Shown here: one piece after another, positions 1 to 8,211 of the stretch | Numbering within the stretch: the first letter of the stretch is position 1 | Layout of the letters: each line of letters opens with the position of its first letter | DNA from: a virus | DNA: 64,000 nucleotides | IMG/VR virus record: IMGVR_UViG_3300042908_000680 | Location: 32,001 to 96,000 of that record | Reading direction: 5' to 3' (one strand) | Made by a program: the position numbers and the translations under genes | The notes under the pieces: generated by a model | The model's input: only the letters and a program-made list of their open reading frames with translations | Database searches by the model: none | Told to the model about the DNA's origin: nothing

Positions 1-111
1 AGCATATACCCTACCCTTCGGGTCGATCACACTGGTATACTTACCAGCGATCATAGATGCGAAGATAGTGTTGAGGTTATTCTTACGGACAGCGTATGCA
101 GTGCCAAACAT
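1..111 (-). CDS. small early hypothetical protein (runs off the left edge)
   Basis: Hand translation MFGTAYAVRKNNLNTIFASMIAGKYTSVIDPKGRVYA, open to the edge; purine-rich leader and its own sigma70 promoter at 148-176. Confidence 0.7.
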   Translation of the reverse strand, partial: MFGTAYAVRKNNLNTIFASMIAGKYTSVIDPKGRVYA

Positions 112-147
112 TTTCTTTTTCTTTCTTAGGGTTGGATAACTGTGGAT

Positions 148-176
148 ATTATATCTATCGTCTATCTATTTGTCAA
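148..176 (-). promoter_or_regulatory. sigma70 consensus early promoter
   Basis: Minus strand TTGACA (171-176), 17 bp, TATAAT (148-153). Confidence 0.9.
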
Positions 177-301
177 GCGTTCATGAATCGTTCGGCCTCA
201 GTCGAACTATTGAAAGAGCCTAGAAGCCTACGCTTACCATTGCCCATATCCTTGTATACCTTGTATTTCTTTCCTACTACGATCAGCACAAGCGTTGTCA
301 T
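173..301 (-). CDS. small early hypothetical protein (42 aa, MTTLVLIVVGKK...)
   Basis: 3' part of track ORF 173..475; ATG at 301 follows leader AGAAGGAAAAGAAA and the promoter at 330-358. Confidence 0.7.
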   Translation of the reverse strand: MTTLVLIVVGKKYKVYKDMGNGKRRLLGSFNSSTEAERFMNA

Positions 302-329
302 TTTCTTTTCCTTCTCTTTCTTTTGCTCT

Positions 330-358
330 ATTATATACATCGGCTTTCGCCGTGTCAA
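330..358 (-). promoter_or_regulatory. sigma70 consensus early promoter
   Basis: TTGACA (353-358), 17 bp, TATAAT (330-335). Confidence 0.9.
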
Positions 359-377
359 GCCTATAGAAAATATTTTT

Positions 378-542
378 TCAGTTATTGGAAGCGGGAAGCC
401 TACGAACGATATAAACCCTGCAACCATCCTCACCATCCCATTTATCGAAAGCGGCAGTATTGGCCGCATCCTCACTAGTGAAAGGGCCGATGAAGTCTAG
501 TTCACAATCCCAAGCGTCTACGATTTGAGCGAAGTATGTCAT
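378..542 (-). CDS. small early hypothetical protein (54 aa, MTYFAQIVDAW...)
   Basis: 3' part of track ORF 378..599; ATG at 542 after a purine-rich leader and the promoter at 571-599. Confidence 0.7.
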   Translation of the reverse strand: MTYFAQIVDAWDCELDFIGPFTSEDAANTAAFDKWDGEDGCRVYIVRRLPASNN

Positions 543-570
543 TTTCTTTTCTCTTTCTTTCTTTCTCTCT

Positions 571-599
571 ATTATATCTATCGTCTTTTCCCGTGTCAA
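571..599 (-). promoter_or_regulatory. sigma70 consensus early promoter
   Basis: TTGACA (594-599), 17 bp, TATAAT (571-576). Confidence 0.9.
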
Positions 600-602
600 G
601 CC

Positions 603-797
603 TCAAGCAAAAAGATTTTCGGAAGTTTGAGTCATCATGTCAACGTACATGCTACGGTATCCAATACCTTCATTCCGCGAACTATCTTCAATCATGATTC
701 GGATCATTTCACGACCCTTGACCATTTTCTTTTCTACAATGAAGCCCGTATAAGTCTTGCCATTGTAGGTTGTCTTGATTTCAGTGTTGATTGTCAT
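603..797 (-). CDS. small early hypothetical protein (64 aa)
   Basis: Track ORF with the same leader and promoter layout as its neighbours. Confidence 0.75.
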   Translation of the reverse strand: MTINTEIKTTYNGKTYTGFIVEKKMVKGREMIRIMIEDSSRNEGIGYRSMYVDMMTQTSENLFA

Positions 798-828
798 TTT
801 TCTTTCTCTCTTTCTTTCTTATGCTCTT

Positions 829-856
829 ATTATACCATACTTATCGGCCATGTCAA
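829..856 (-). promoter_or_regulatory. sigma70 consensus early promoter
   Basis: TTGACA (851-856), 16 bp, TATAAT (829-834). Confidence 0.85.
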
Positions 857-915
857 GTGGCAATCTAAAATATTTTTGAATATAATCTTGTGCCAAAGCA
901 AGAAATATTCTCTAG

Positions 916-931
916 AGCAAATGCTGTGCCA
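916..931 (-). promoter_or_regulatory. sigma54 (-24/-12) type site
   Basis: Minus strand TGGCACAGCATTTGCT matches TGGCACRNNNNTTGCW; a second TGGCAC half-site lies at 890-895. Confidence 0.6.
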
Positions 932-977
932 AATATATTATTCTCTTAAACAGAACATCGTGTCGATCATATGATTA

Positions 978-1010
978 GTCGTAAGTCTATATATACCAAG
1001 GGTTTACGGC
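978..1010. repeat. imperfect inverted repeat in the divergent intergenic region
   Basis: GTCGTAAGTC-N13-GGTTTACGGC (10 bp, 3 G-T pairs); adjacent perfect palindrome ATCATATGAT at 966-975. Confidence 0.5.
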
Positions 1011-1208
1011 GAACGCGGCCCACCACATACCATCATGTTAAAATAGGGGATATAGGGGGGTTTTATCTTATAAGTAGTCTAGGCAAGATACGTCGAAAAA
1101 ACCGGGGGTGGTCCATTCACAATTGGAAATATATAAACTAATGTACTACCCAATCCTCCCCCATCGCCCCTATTTGATCCATTTAATCTGTCAATTTATC
1201 GCTATGCG

Positions 1209-1217
1209 GTGTATAAT
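1209..1217 (+). promoter_or_regulatory. putative late promoter motif GTGTATAAT
   Basis: Recurrent motif before structural operons; followed by AGGAGA and ATG 1237. Confidence 0.65.
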
Positions 1218-1236
1218 GTTGTATAGGAGACTTTTT

Positions 1237-1407
1237 ATGAAAAAGAAACAAACAATTGAAACGCAATTGGATTGTCGCGCTACCGCTTCTTTACAGCAAC
1301 AAATAGAATCTGACTTAAATCAGACGGATAAATCACTAGCATCGTTACTCTCCAATAAGGATAAGGATACTGAAGAGGATAACGATGAAACCAAGTCAAG
1401 CGATTGA
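1237..1407 (+). CDS. small acidic hypothetical protein (56 aa)
   Basis: 3' part of track ORF 1108..1407; RBS AGGAGA at 1225-1230. Confidence 0.7.
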   Translation: MKKKQTIETQLDCRATASLQQQIESDLNQTDKSLASLLSNKDKDTEEDNDETKSSD

Positions 1408-2164
1408 GACTGTAGTAAATCAAGACGGAACTAACGATCTTTTACTATGCGGCATTTCTAATCTATTTAAAGCTTCTTACGACTATTCAGCCGCCGTTTA
1501 TAACAAGCTTATTACTGAAGATAACTCAATATCTAATGTCGTTGGATATGGTGAAGACAATAAATTCTTCTATATTCTAGAAACATACGGCCCCAACAAT
1601 AAAGTTGTTAGATACGAGCATGGTCTTGGCTATGCTTACCAGCAAGACGATAAAGCTTATTTTAAAAGATTTCTTCAAATATATAGTGGTAGCCGAGTAG
1701 AAGAGAAATCAGTTTGTTTTAAACAGACCGACTATTTCCCCTGTGATAAAGACCTAGTAACAGTATTACGTTCAACTCTTCCCGAACATTATTTCATGTG
1801 CTTATATGAAGATAATTGTGTCTTATCTTCTACCGGCCCGTTTGTTGCTAGCTCAATCAAGATTAAAGAAAATTCTTTCTTAGCTCGCGTTAACGATAAC
1901 GATCTTTCTAGCGTATCGTTCGATAGTAAAACATTTAGCGATATTATTGCTGAAGCTTTAAATAAGTATGCTAAACAACTATTGCTTAAAACTTCAAGAC
2001 TTAGCGTTAACAAGCTATCGGTAAAGCAGTTGCAATTAGAGCCTTCTAGTGATACTAGCGTTAAAAAAGGTACTTTTATATACGACGAAACAACGGACAC
2101 CGTTAAGTTCTATAACGGTTCGAAATGGAGAACATTACTGTGGGCAGAAGACGAGTCGGAATGA
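1385..2164 (+). CDS. hypothetical, probable virion or fibre-related protein
   Basis: C-terminal KKGTFIYDETTDTVKFYNGSKW is a G-x-I-Y...Y-N-G-x-x-W motif common in phage fibre proteins. Confidence 0.55.
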   Translation: MKPSQAIETVVNQDGTNDLLLCGISNLFKASYDYSAAVYNKLITEDNSISNVVGYGEDNKFFYILETYGPNNKVVRYEHGLGYAYQQDDKAYFKRFLQIYSGSRVEEKSVCFKQTDYFPCDKDLVTVLRSTLPEHYFMCLYEDNCVLSSTGPFVASSIKIKENSFLARVNDNDLSSVSFDSKTFSDIIAEALNKYAKQLLLKTSRLSVNKLSVKQLQLEPSSDTSVKKGTFIYDETTDTVKFYNGSKWRTLLWAEDESE

Positions 2165-2649
2165 AGATACCTAAAAATATGACAGAACAACAAGTGATAG
2201 ATCAGATTAACATTGTCGTTAATAGGATATCATCACGATATACTTTTCATGGGTATGAGGTTGAGGATATAAAACAAGAAGCTTTTATTATTTGCATGGA
2301 TGCGCTAGAACGTTATGATCCAAGTCGCCCCTTGGAGAATTTCTTATCAGTACACTTATCTAATAGGCTCAAAAACTTCGTTCGTGATAATTTCTATACT
2401 AAAGATGAAGAAGAAAAGAAGAAGATCCTAAAACCCAGCAGTTTATCTTATGAAGATTATGTTCCTCATGAAGAAAAAGTTGAGGATGACAAAATAGACG
2501 CCCAAGCCCTACAAAAGACTATTGATATGAGATTACCAGCAGAATACCGATCTGATTACCTAAAAATAATTAATGACGTTTACGTTCCAAAGAAGAGAAG
2601 AGAAGAAATCATTGCGATAATCAAGGAGTTGATTGATGAAGAAGGGTAG
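2161..2649 (+). CDS. phage RNA polymerase sigma factor (sigma70 region 2), probable late sigma
   Basis: EDIKQEAFIICMDALERYDPSRPLENFLSVHLSNRLKNFVRD matches the region 2.2-2.4 pattern; ATG 2161 overlaps the upstream TGA. Confidence 0.8.
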   Translation: MKIPKNMTEQQVIDQINIVVNRISSRYTFHGYEVEDIKQEAFIICMDALERYDPSRPLENFLSVHLSNRLKNFVRDNFYTKDEEEKKKILKPSSLSYEDYVPHEEKVEDDKIDAQALQKTIDMRLPAEYRSDYLKIINDVYVPKKRREEIIAIIKELIDEEG

Positions 2650-3421
2650 AATTTCTAAAGACGAAGAGCGTACTATTGGTAGGCTAATTAATAGCTTAAC
2701 AGTAGAAGACATTGCCAAGCAACTCGACCGAGACGTTGAATCTGTTGACAACTTCGTTAAACGTAAGTTCAAGGTTGGATTGTCAAACGAAGAAGCCGCC
2801 GCATACTCTCTAGAAGATCGCCCCTACTGGATTGAATTAGAGAACCAGTTTACTCCTTCAGAACTAGAGCTTTTTAAGTATCACTGGTCGCGCATAATCT
2901 CACAGTTCAAGGATGATGTATTTCCAACAGAAGAACTACAGGTAGTAGATGTTATTAAGCTAGAAATACTTATGAACCGCTGCTTAAAGAGTAATAAAGA
3001 TAACCTTAACGAGATGACCACTTTAGAAAAAATGCTAGCAGATGAGCGCGCCGTCGATAAGGATCAGCGTGACCATGACTACGTTTTAAATCTAGAGCGT
3101 CAACTAGCTTCATTACGGGCTTCGCAAGAAGCCCTCAATAGGGACTATCGTGAACTCCAAAGCAAAAAAGCCAGTATGTTACGAGAGATGAAGGGAACCA
3201 GAGAGCAGAGAATCAAGCGACTTGAAGATAGTAAGCAAAGCTTTACATCTTGGGTTGCTCACCTTATGCAAGACCCAGAAACGCTAAAGCGATACGGTAT
3301 CGAAATGGAAAAGATGAGACTTGCTATGCTTAAAGAGAAAGAACGTTTAAGCCAGTTCCATCAATACGAGGACGGGCAGATTGATCAGCCCTTCTTAACG
3401 CCAGATACGGTAATAGACTAA
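2636..3421 (+). CDS. HTH plus coiled-coil protein, candidate terminase small subunit
   Basis: N-terminal HTH-like LTVEDIAKQLDRDVESVDNF; long coiled coil; lies at the head of the operon containing TerL; RBS AAGGAG. Confidence 0.45.
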   Translation: MKKGRISKDEERTIGRLINSLTVEDIAKQLDRDVESVDNFVKRKFKVGLSNEEAAAYSLEDRPYWIELENQFTPSELELFKYHWSRIISQFKDDVFPTEELQVVDVIKLEILMNRCLKSNKDNLNEMTTLEKMLADERAVDKDQRDHDYVLNLERQLASLRASQEALNRDYRELQSKKASMLREMKGTREQRIKRLEDSKQSFTSWVAHLMQDPETLKRYGIEMEKMRLAMLKEKERLSQFHQYEDGQIDQPFLTPDTVID

Positions 3422-3993
3422 TGAACAGACTAGATATAATCAAAATTCTTATTAAGAAATCGCAAGCTGAAAAATATCTAGAAATAGGTACAAAAGATGG
3501 CTATGTCATAAATAATATACAATGTAAATATAAAGTTGGGATTGATCCTGACCCAAACTCATCGGCTACATTTCATATAACTTCTGATGAGTTTTTTGCT
3601 TACCACAATAAAGATACATTTGATGTTATATTCATAGACGGTTTACACCATTATTATCAAGTTCTTAGAGATATAAAAAACTCACTTAAAGTATTAAATC
3701 CAAATGGATATATAATATGTCACGATATAAATCCAACTGAAGAGTACTTACAGACAGTTCCTAGGAAGCACGAATCTTGGATGGGTGACTGCTGGAAAGC
3801 GTGGGTAATAATCAGATCACAAATGCCAAATTTAACAATGAAAGTTTTAGATGTAGATTGTGGATGTGGAGTTATCAAGTTTGGATCTCAAGAACTTATA
3901 CAGTTAGATGAAGAGCTTAACTGGGACAATTTAGTTAAAAATAGAAAAACTTGGCTCAATCTCGTATCCATGGGGGAGATATACTCTTTATGA
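3421..3993 (+). CDS. class I SAM-dependent methyltransferase (Methyltransf_24-like)
   Basis: YLEIGTKDG motif I; FDVIFIDGLHHY...LNPNGYIICHD. Confidence 0.85.
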   Translation: MNRLDIIKILIKKSQAEKYLEIGTKDGYVINNIQCKYKVGIDPDPNSSATFHITSDEFFAYHNKDTFDVIFIDGLHHYYQVLRDIKNSLKVLNPNGYIICHDINPTEEYLQTVPRKHESWMGDCWKAWVIIRSQMPNLTMKVLDVDCGCGVIKFGSQELIQLDEELNWDNLVKNRKTWLNLVSMGEIYSL

Positions 3994-4874
3994 AGATAAT
4001 TAAAGCAACATATGGTGGGGTTGACGTATCTGAAAAATTACAAAGCTGTGTCAAAAATAATAAATTATTTGTTCGCGCAGATAATAACTTATTTGGCGAT
4101 ACAAATGCTGGTGTTCTTAAATATCTAGATGTTGAACTTGAATATAATGGCGAAATACATAAATTAAGTACAGAAGAAAATAAAATGTTGATATTTCCAA
4201 AGAATGATATAAAAAAACTTGGAATTTTTTACTCAGATAATTTTGATACAAACATAAGATCATGTATTTTAGCATCACTTCAATCTATAGAAAAAGCAGC
4301 TTTAAATAAAGCAGATATAATAACAAATATGTGGTGGCCAGAGCCAGAGAATCCATTTTTGGAAATAATATCAACATCTCAGTCTAGATCCCATTTAAAT
4401 CAAGTATTGCAGATACTACAATTATTATTTACCGCTCAAACAATTAAAAACTACGAATACGTTAGTTTCTTAGAACACGATGTTTTATATGCAGAGGGAT
4501 ATTTTGATTATAATCATTTTGATGAAGATTATATAATAAACACAAATTATATAGGTATGAGAAAAGAAGGTTTTCAGTCTGTTAGACAAAACGACAAACC
4601 AACTAGTCAGATCACAATGAAATTTGATTTTGCTTTGAATCATTTCTTGAAGATATTACCAAATGCATTAATGCGAAACGCTGGCTCCCTAGAGCCACAT
4701 TGGTCAGATAGCATAAAGTATAGTTTTAAAGTATATAAAGCACTAAATCCAAATATCCATATTAATCATGGAAGACATTTTACATCTCATTTCGATTGTT
4801 TTTATCATGACTATCAACAAAATAATGATTACTGGGGTAATATTACAAAATATAACGATTTATTTTTTAGATAG
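3990..4874 (+). CDS. DUF3395/lectin-like N-terminal domain plus GT-A glycosyltransferase-like domain
   Basis: IIKATYG...DV...NNLFGD...GVLKYL N-terminal pattern; YVSFLEHDVLY DxD-equivalent; ATGA overlap start at 3990. Confidence 0.5.
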   Translation: MKIIKATYGGVDVSEKLQSCVKNNKLFVRADNNLFGDTNAGVLKYLDVELEYNGEIHKLSTEENKMLIFPKNDIKKLGIFYSDNFDTNIRSCILASLQSIEKAALNKADIITNMWWPEPENPFLEIISTSQSRSHLNQVLQILQLLFTAQTIKNYEYVSFLEHDVLYAEGYFDYNHFDEDYIINTNYIGMRKEGFQSVRQNDKPTSQITMKFDFALNHFLKILPNALMRNAGSLEPHWSDSIKYSFKVYKALNPNIHINHGRHFTSHFDCFYHDYQQNNDYWGNITKYNDLFFR

Positions 4875-4882
4875 GAAATAGT

Positions 4883-5536
4883 ATGAAAAAATATAAATAC
4901 AATATTGATGATTATAATTTAGTTGACATCATTAGATGCGCATTTAATATAAATCAATTAGACCAAATACATTCTATTTTAGATACAGATTTGGGTATAC
5001 CGACCGATCCAAGTCAAGATCAAACTACTATTTTTCACAAAATATTTTATCAGCTATACGAACAAGAAAATTCAGAATTTCTAAAAGTATACAATGACTT
5101 TGTTGCATATTTAATCTATAAGCATTTTGAAGATAAGAATATAGTTTATCAGTCTACACCAACATTTAGAGTACAAATTCCTAACAATATAGCTGTTGCA
5201 AAGTGGCATAAAGATAAAGCTTATAACCACTCACCTAAAGAAATCAATATATATCTCCCACTAACTAAAGCATTTGACTCTAATACAGTATGGGCTGAAA
5301 GCGAAGAAGACAAGGGCGATTATTCTCCAATGAATGCTGAGGTTGGAGAGTATTATATATGGGATGGGGCGAATTTAAATCATGGCAACAAAGAAAACAA
5401 AACGGGATTTAGTCGGGTTAGCCTAGACTTTAGACTTATTGATAAAAAGGATTTCGACTATGCTGGAACCAGTGTAACAACTAAGGTTCCCATGAAACTT
5501 GGACATTACTGGAAGGAATATAAGGGAAAAGCATGA
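4883..5536 (+). CDS. 2OG-Fe(II) oxygenase (StrG/PhyH-like)
   Basis: WHKD (HxD), distal HGN, and RVSLDFR (RxS). Confidence 0.75.
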   Translation: MKKYKYNIDDYNLVDIIRCAFNINQLDQIHSILDTDLGIPTDPSQDQTTIFHKIFYQLYEQENSEFLKVYNDFVAYLIYKHFEDKNIVYQSTPTFRVQIPNNIAVAKWHKDKAYNHSPKEINIYLPLTKAFDSNTVWAESEEDKGDYSPMNAEVGEYYIWDGANLNHGNKENKTGFSRVSLDFRLIDKKDFDYAGTSVTTKVPMKLGHYWKEYKGKA

Positions 5537-6621
5537 AAGCTATAATATTCGGAATAACAGGACAAGATGGTAGCCACCTAGCAGATCTACTTCTAGATAA
5601 GGGGTACGATGTAATCGGGGTTACTCGACGCTCTAGTGTAGATAATACCCAAAGAATAAAGCATATATTGAATCATTCTAGGTTCCATCTAGTCGAGGGG
5701 GACATAACCGATTCTAGTAGTGTTTTGAATATTCTTCGTAATAACGAACATGTAGATGAAGTCTACAACCTCGCCGCTCAGTCTCATGTTGGAACCTCAT
5801 TCACTCAGCCTTCCCTAACTTGGGATATAACGGGCAAAGGGTGCTTAAATATATTGCAGACTATGGTAGATTTAGAGATGTTTGGCAGTAGGTTTTATCA
5901 AGCCTCCTCCAGCGAGATGTTTGGCAGAGCTTACGATACTGACAGGTATGGTACGAAATACCAAGATGAAAATACTAGGTTTTTACCTCAATCCCCTTAC
6001 GCTGTAGCAAAGTGTGCTTCCCATTACGCTGTTGGCTTATATCGTCAGGCTTATGGGATACATGGAAGTTGCGGCATACTATTTAACCACGAAGGCCCAA
6101 GGCGTGGAGATAACTTCGTTACCAAAAAAGTAGTAAATTGGGTAGTTTCTTTCATAGATTGGATACATGACACTAATATTACCAGTACTGAATATATTCA
6201 ATCTTTAGACAATAATATTGTATATAATGATGTGACCTTTCCTAAGTTGATGTTAGGTAATTTGGACGCTTATAGAGATTGGGGATATGCTGGAGATTAC
6301 GTAGAAGCTATGTGGCTAATGTTACAGCAAGATGAACCAGATGATTACGTTATATGTACAGAAAATACCTATTCTATTCGTGACTTATTAGATGCCGCTT
6401 TTGGCTATTTTGGTATTTATGATTGGAGTAATTATGTTGGAATAGATCCTAAATTCTACAGACCGGCAGAGGTAGATTACTTAAGAGGCAGATCAACAAA
6501 GGCTAAAGCTAAACTGGGATGGACACCAAAATATGACTTGAACAGTCTTATTAAGCTTATGATAGAAGAGAAAATTAATGAAAACCTACAGAATAATGCT
6601 CGACATATCAAATGTGTTTAG
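5533..6621 (+). CDS. gmd: GDP-mannose 4,6-dehydratase
   Basis: GITGQDG, YNLAAQSHV, FYQASSSEMFG, SPYAVAK, ILFNHE, RDWGYAGDY, RPAEVD. Confidence 0.95.
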   Translation: MKAIIFGITGQDGSHLADLLLDKGYDVIGVTRRSSVDNTQRIKHILNHSRFHLVEGDITDSSSVLNILRNNEHVDEVYNLAAQSHVGTSFTQPSLTWDITGKGCLNILQTMVDLEMFGSRFYQASSSEMFGRAYDTDRYGTKYQDENTRFLPQSPYAVAKCASHYAVGLYRQAYGIHGSCGILFNHEGPRRGDNFVTKKVVNWVVSFIDWIHDTNITSTEYIQSLDNNIVYNDVTFPKLMLGNLDAYRDWGYAGDYVEAMWLMLQQDEPDDYVICTENTYSIRDLLDAAFGYFGIYDWSNYVGIDPKFYRPAEVDYLRGRSTKAKAKLGWTPKYDLNSLIKLMIEEKINENLQNNARHIKCV

Positions 6622-6826
6622 CAGAATAAGACATTTATTTCTTAAATCATATAATAGCCCATTTCCTACTATATTCGTAAACGCAGATGACCCAGATGAT
6701 GCATGTTTTGTAGTGTTAAACGATCTTATTAAAATTATTATGAAGCAAAATCCATCAATAGACATGAGAATAGCCTGCATAGAAATTAGAAGAAAATCCA
6801 GAATAGATAAAATATACGAATTATGA
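6578..6826 (+). CDS. hypothetical protein
   Basis: 82-aa ORF overlapping both neighbours in the operon. Confidence 0.6.
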   Translation: MKTYRIMLDISNVFSRIRHLFLKSYNSPFPTIFVNADDPDDACFVVLNDLIKIIMKQNPSIDMRIACIEIRRKSRIDKIYEL

Positions 6827-7083
6827 AAAGAAATTACGATGACCCCGCATACGAGAGCTTTAGGAAAGCCGTGTTAAATCGGGACAAAAGAAAGTGTATG
6901 ATGCCGGGATGTGGGAAAAAGCTATCCTTACAAGTACACCATATTAAAAAGTGGTCTAGAGCCAGCGCATTAAGATATGACGTTTCAAATGGTATAACAT
7001 TATGTAGGAAGTGCCATGACTCAATAAAGGGTTATGAACACCAATACGAATCATTATTTAGGATTATAGTCGATGACGTATAA
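6823..7083 (+). CDS. HNH endonuclease (packaging-associated type)
   Basis: RD..KC..PGC, LQVHHI, NGITLCRKCH. Confidence 0.9.
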   Translation: MKRNYDDPAYESFRKAVLNRDKRKCMMPGCGKKLSLQVHHIKKWSRASALRYDVSNGITLCRKCHDSIKGYEHQYESLFRIIVDDV

Positions 7084-7573
7084 AGTTGCTCCACCATTCA
7101 CTGTTATAAAAGACACCAGAGAGCAGGACGGCTATTTTTTTAGCGAGTTCAATACTTGCGCTGGAATGATAGATCAAAAGCTGGATACTGGTGATTATTC
7201 CATACTTGGAATGGAAGACAAAATATGTATAGAAAGAAAGGGTTGCGTTGAGGAACTAGCAGTTAATCTAGGACAAAAGAAACATGCATTCTTAGCTGAA
7301 GTAGAGCGAATGACACCATTCCCTCATAAATTTATTGTCTTAGAATTTTCTTTAGAAGACCTCATCAAGTTCCCTGACGAAACAAGAATACCAGTTAAGA
7401 ACAAGGGAGCTTTGAAGATTACTGGTAAATATATGTTAAAATGTTTGTTTGAATTTCAGCTATATAACAACGTTCAAATATTATTTTGTGGTAATAAATA
7501 TAATGCTTTTCTTGCAGTCAGTAGTATACTAAAAAGAGTAAATGAAATGTACACAATAGGGAGGAAGAAATGA
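7073..7573 (+). CDS. ERCC4/XPF-family nuclease
   Basis: DTREQ, LDTGDYS, IERK. Confidence 0.85.
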   Translation: MTYKVAPPFTVIKDTREQDGYFFSEFNTCAGMIDQKLDTGDYSILGMEDKICIERKGCVEELAVNLGQKKHAFLAEVERMTPFPHKFIVLEFSLEDLIKFPDETRIPVKNKGALKITGKYMLKCLFEFQLYNNVQILFCGNKYNAFLAVSSILKRVNEMYTIGRKK

Positions 7574-8211
7574 TGGAACCAGAACTATTGAAAGATTTTC
7601 ATGACTATGGAGCTAATATTGCCACAAGGGAAATATTTCTTCACAATCATTACCATTCTGAAGATAATCAAAATCCCGGCGTTGAATATAGGATGTCTAA
7701 TACCTTCATTAAGAACTTAAGGGCATTAGATATGAGAAGCAATGCAAATATAACTATTCATTGCCATAGCATTGGTGGCGAATGGGCTGATGGTATGGCG
7801 ATATATGATGCTATACAGATGTGTAGATCATATGTTACTATTATCATATATGGTCAAGCTGAATCTATGAGTAGTATTTTTATGCAAGCCGCAGATTACA
7901 GATATATGACTCCCAATTCTCATTTTATGTCTCATTATGGCTCTGTTGATATTAATACTGATTATTTAAGTGCTATAAGCGAGTCTGACTATCATAGAAC
8001 TACTGCTGATACTATGTTTAATGTATATGCTGGTAGATGCGTAGAGGGCAAATTCTTCTATGAAAAGTTTGGTAAGAAGCCAAGCGTCAAGCAGGTTCGT
8101 CAGTACTTAATAAGAAAGCTAAAGTCTGGAGATTGGTATTTAAACGCAGAACAAGCTGTTTATTATGGTTTTGCTGATTCTATATTACGGAACTGGCATT
8201 TCACAGAATGA
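7570..8211 (+). CDS. ClpP-like serine protease
   Basis: HSIGGEWADGMAIYDAI, GQAESMSS (Ser), FMSH (His), DWYLNAEQAVYYGFAD. Confidence 0.9.
   Translation: MMEPELLKDFHDYGANIATREIFLHNHYHSEDNQNPGVEYRMSNTFIKNLRALDMRSNANITIHCHSIGGEWADGMAIYDAIQMCRSYVTIIIYGQAESMSSIFMQAADYRYMTPNSHFMSHYGSVDINTDYLSAISESDYHRTTADTMFNVYAGRCVEGKFFYEKFGKKPSVKQVRQYLIRKLKSGDWYLNAEQAVYYGFADSILRNWHFTE

Noticed and set aside
96-974. Plus-strand ORFs 96..500 and 525..974
   Set aside because: Antisense to minus-strand genes that have perfect promoters and leaders; the Phe/Ser-rich content mirrors the purine-rich leaders
1108-1236. Upstream extension of ORF 1108..1407, and the longer starts at 2125, 3951, 18555, 30881 and 44717
   Set aside because: Better RBS or stop/start coupling at the downstream ATGs (1237, 2161, 3990, 18567, 30914, 44729)
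6823-7083. HNH as a mobile homing endonuclease or intron
   Set aside because: Only 86 aa, no DNA-binding extension, coupled within the packaging operon, and no interrupted gene
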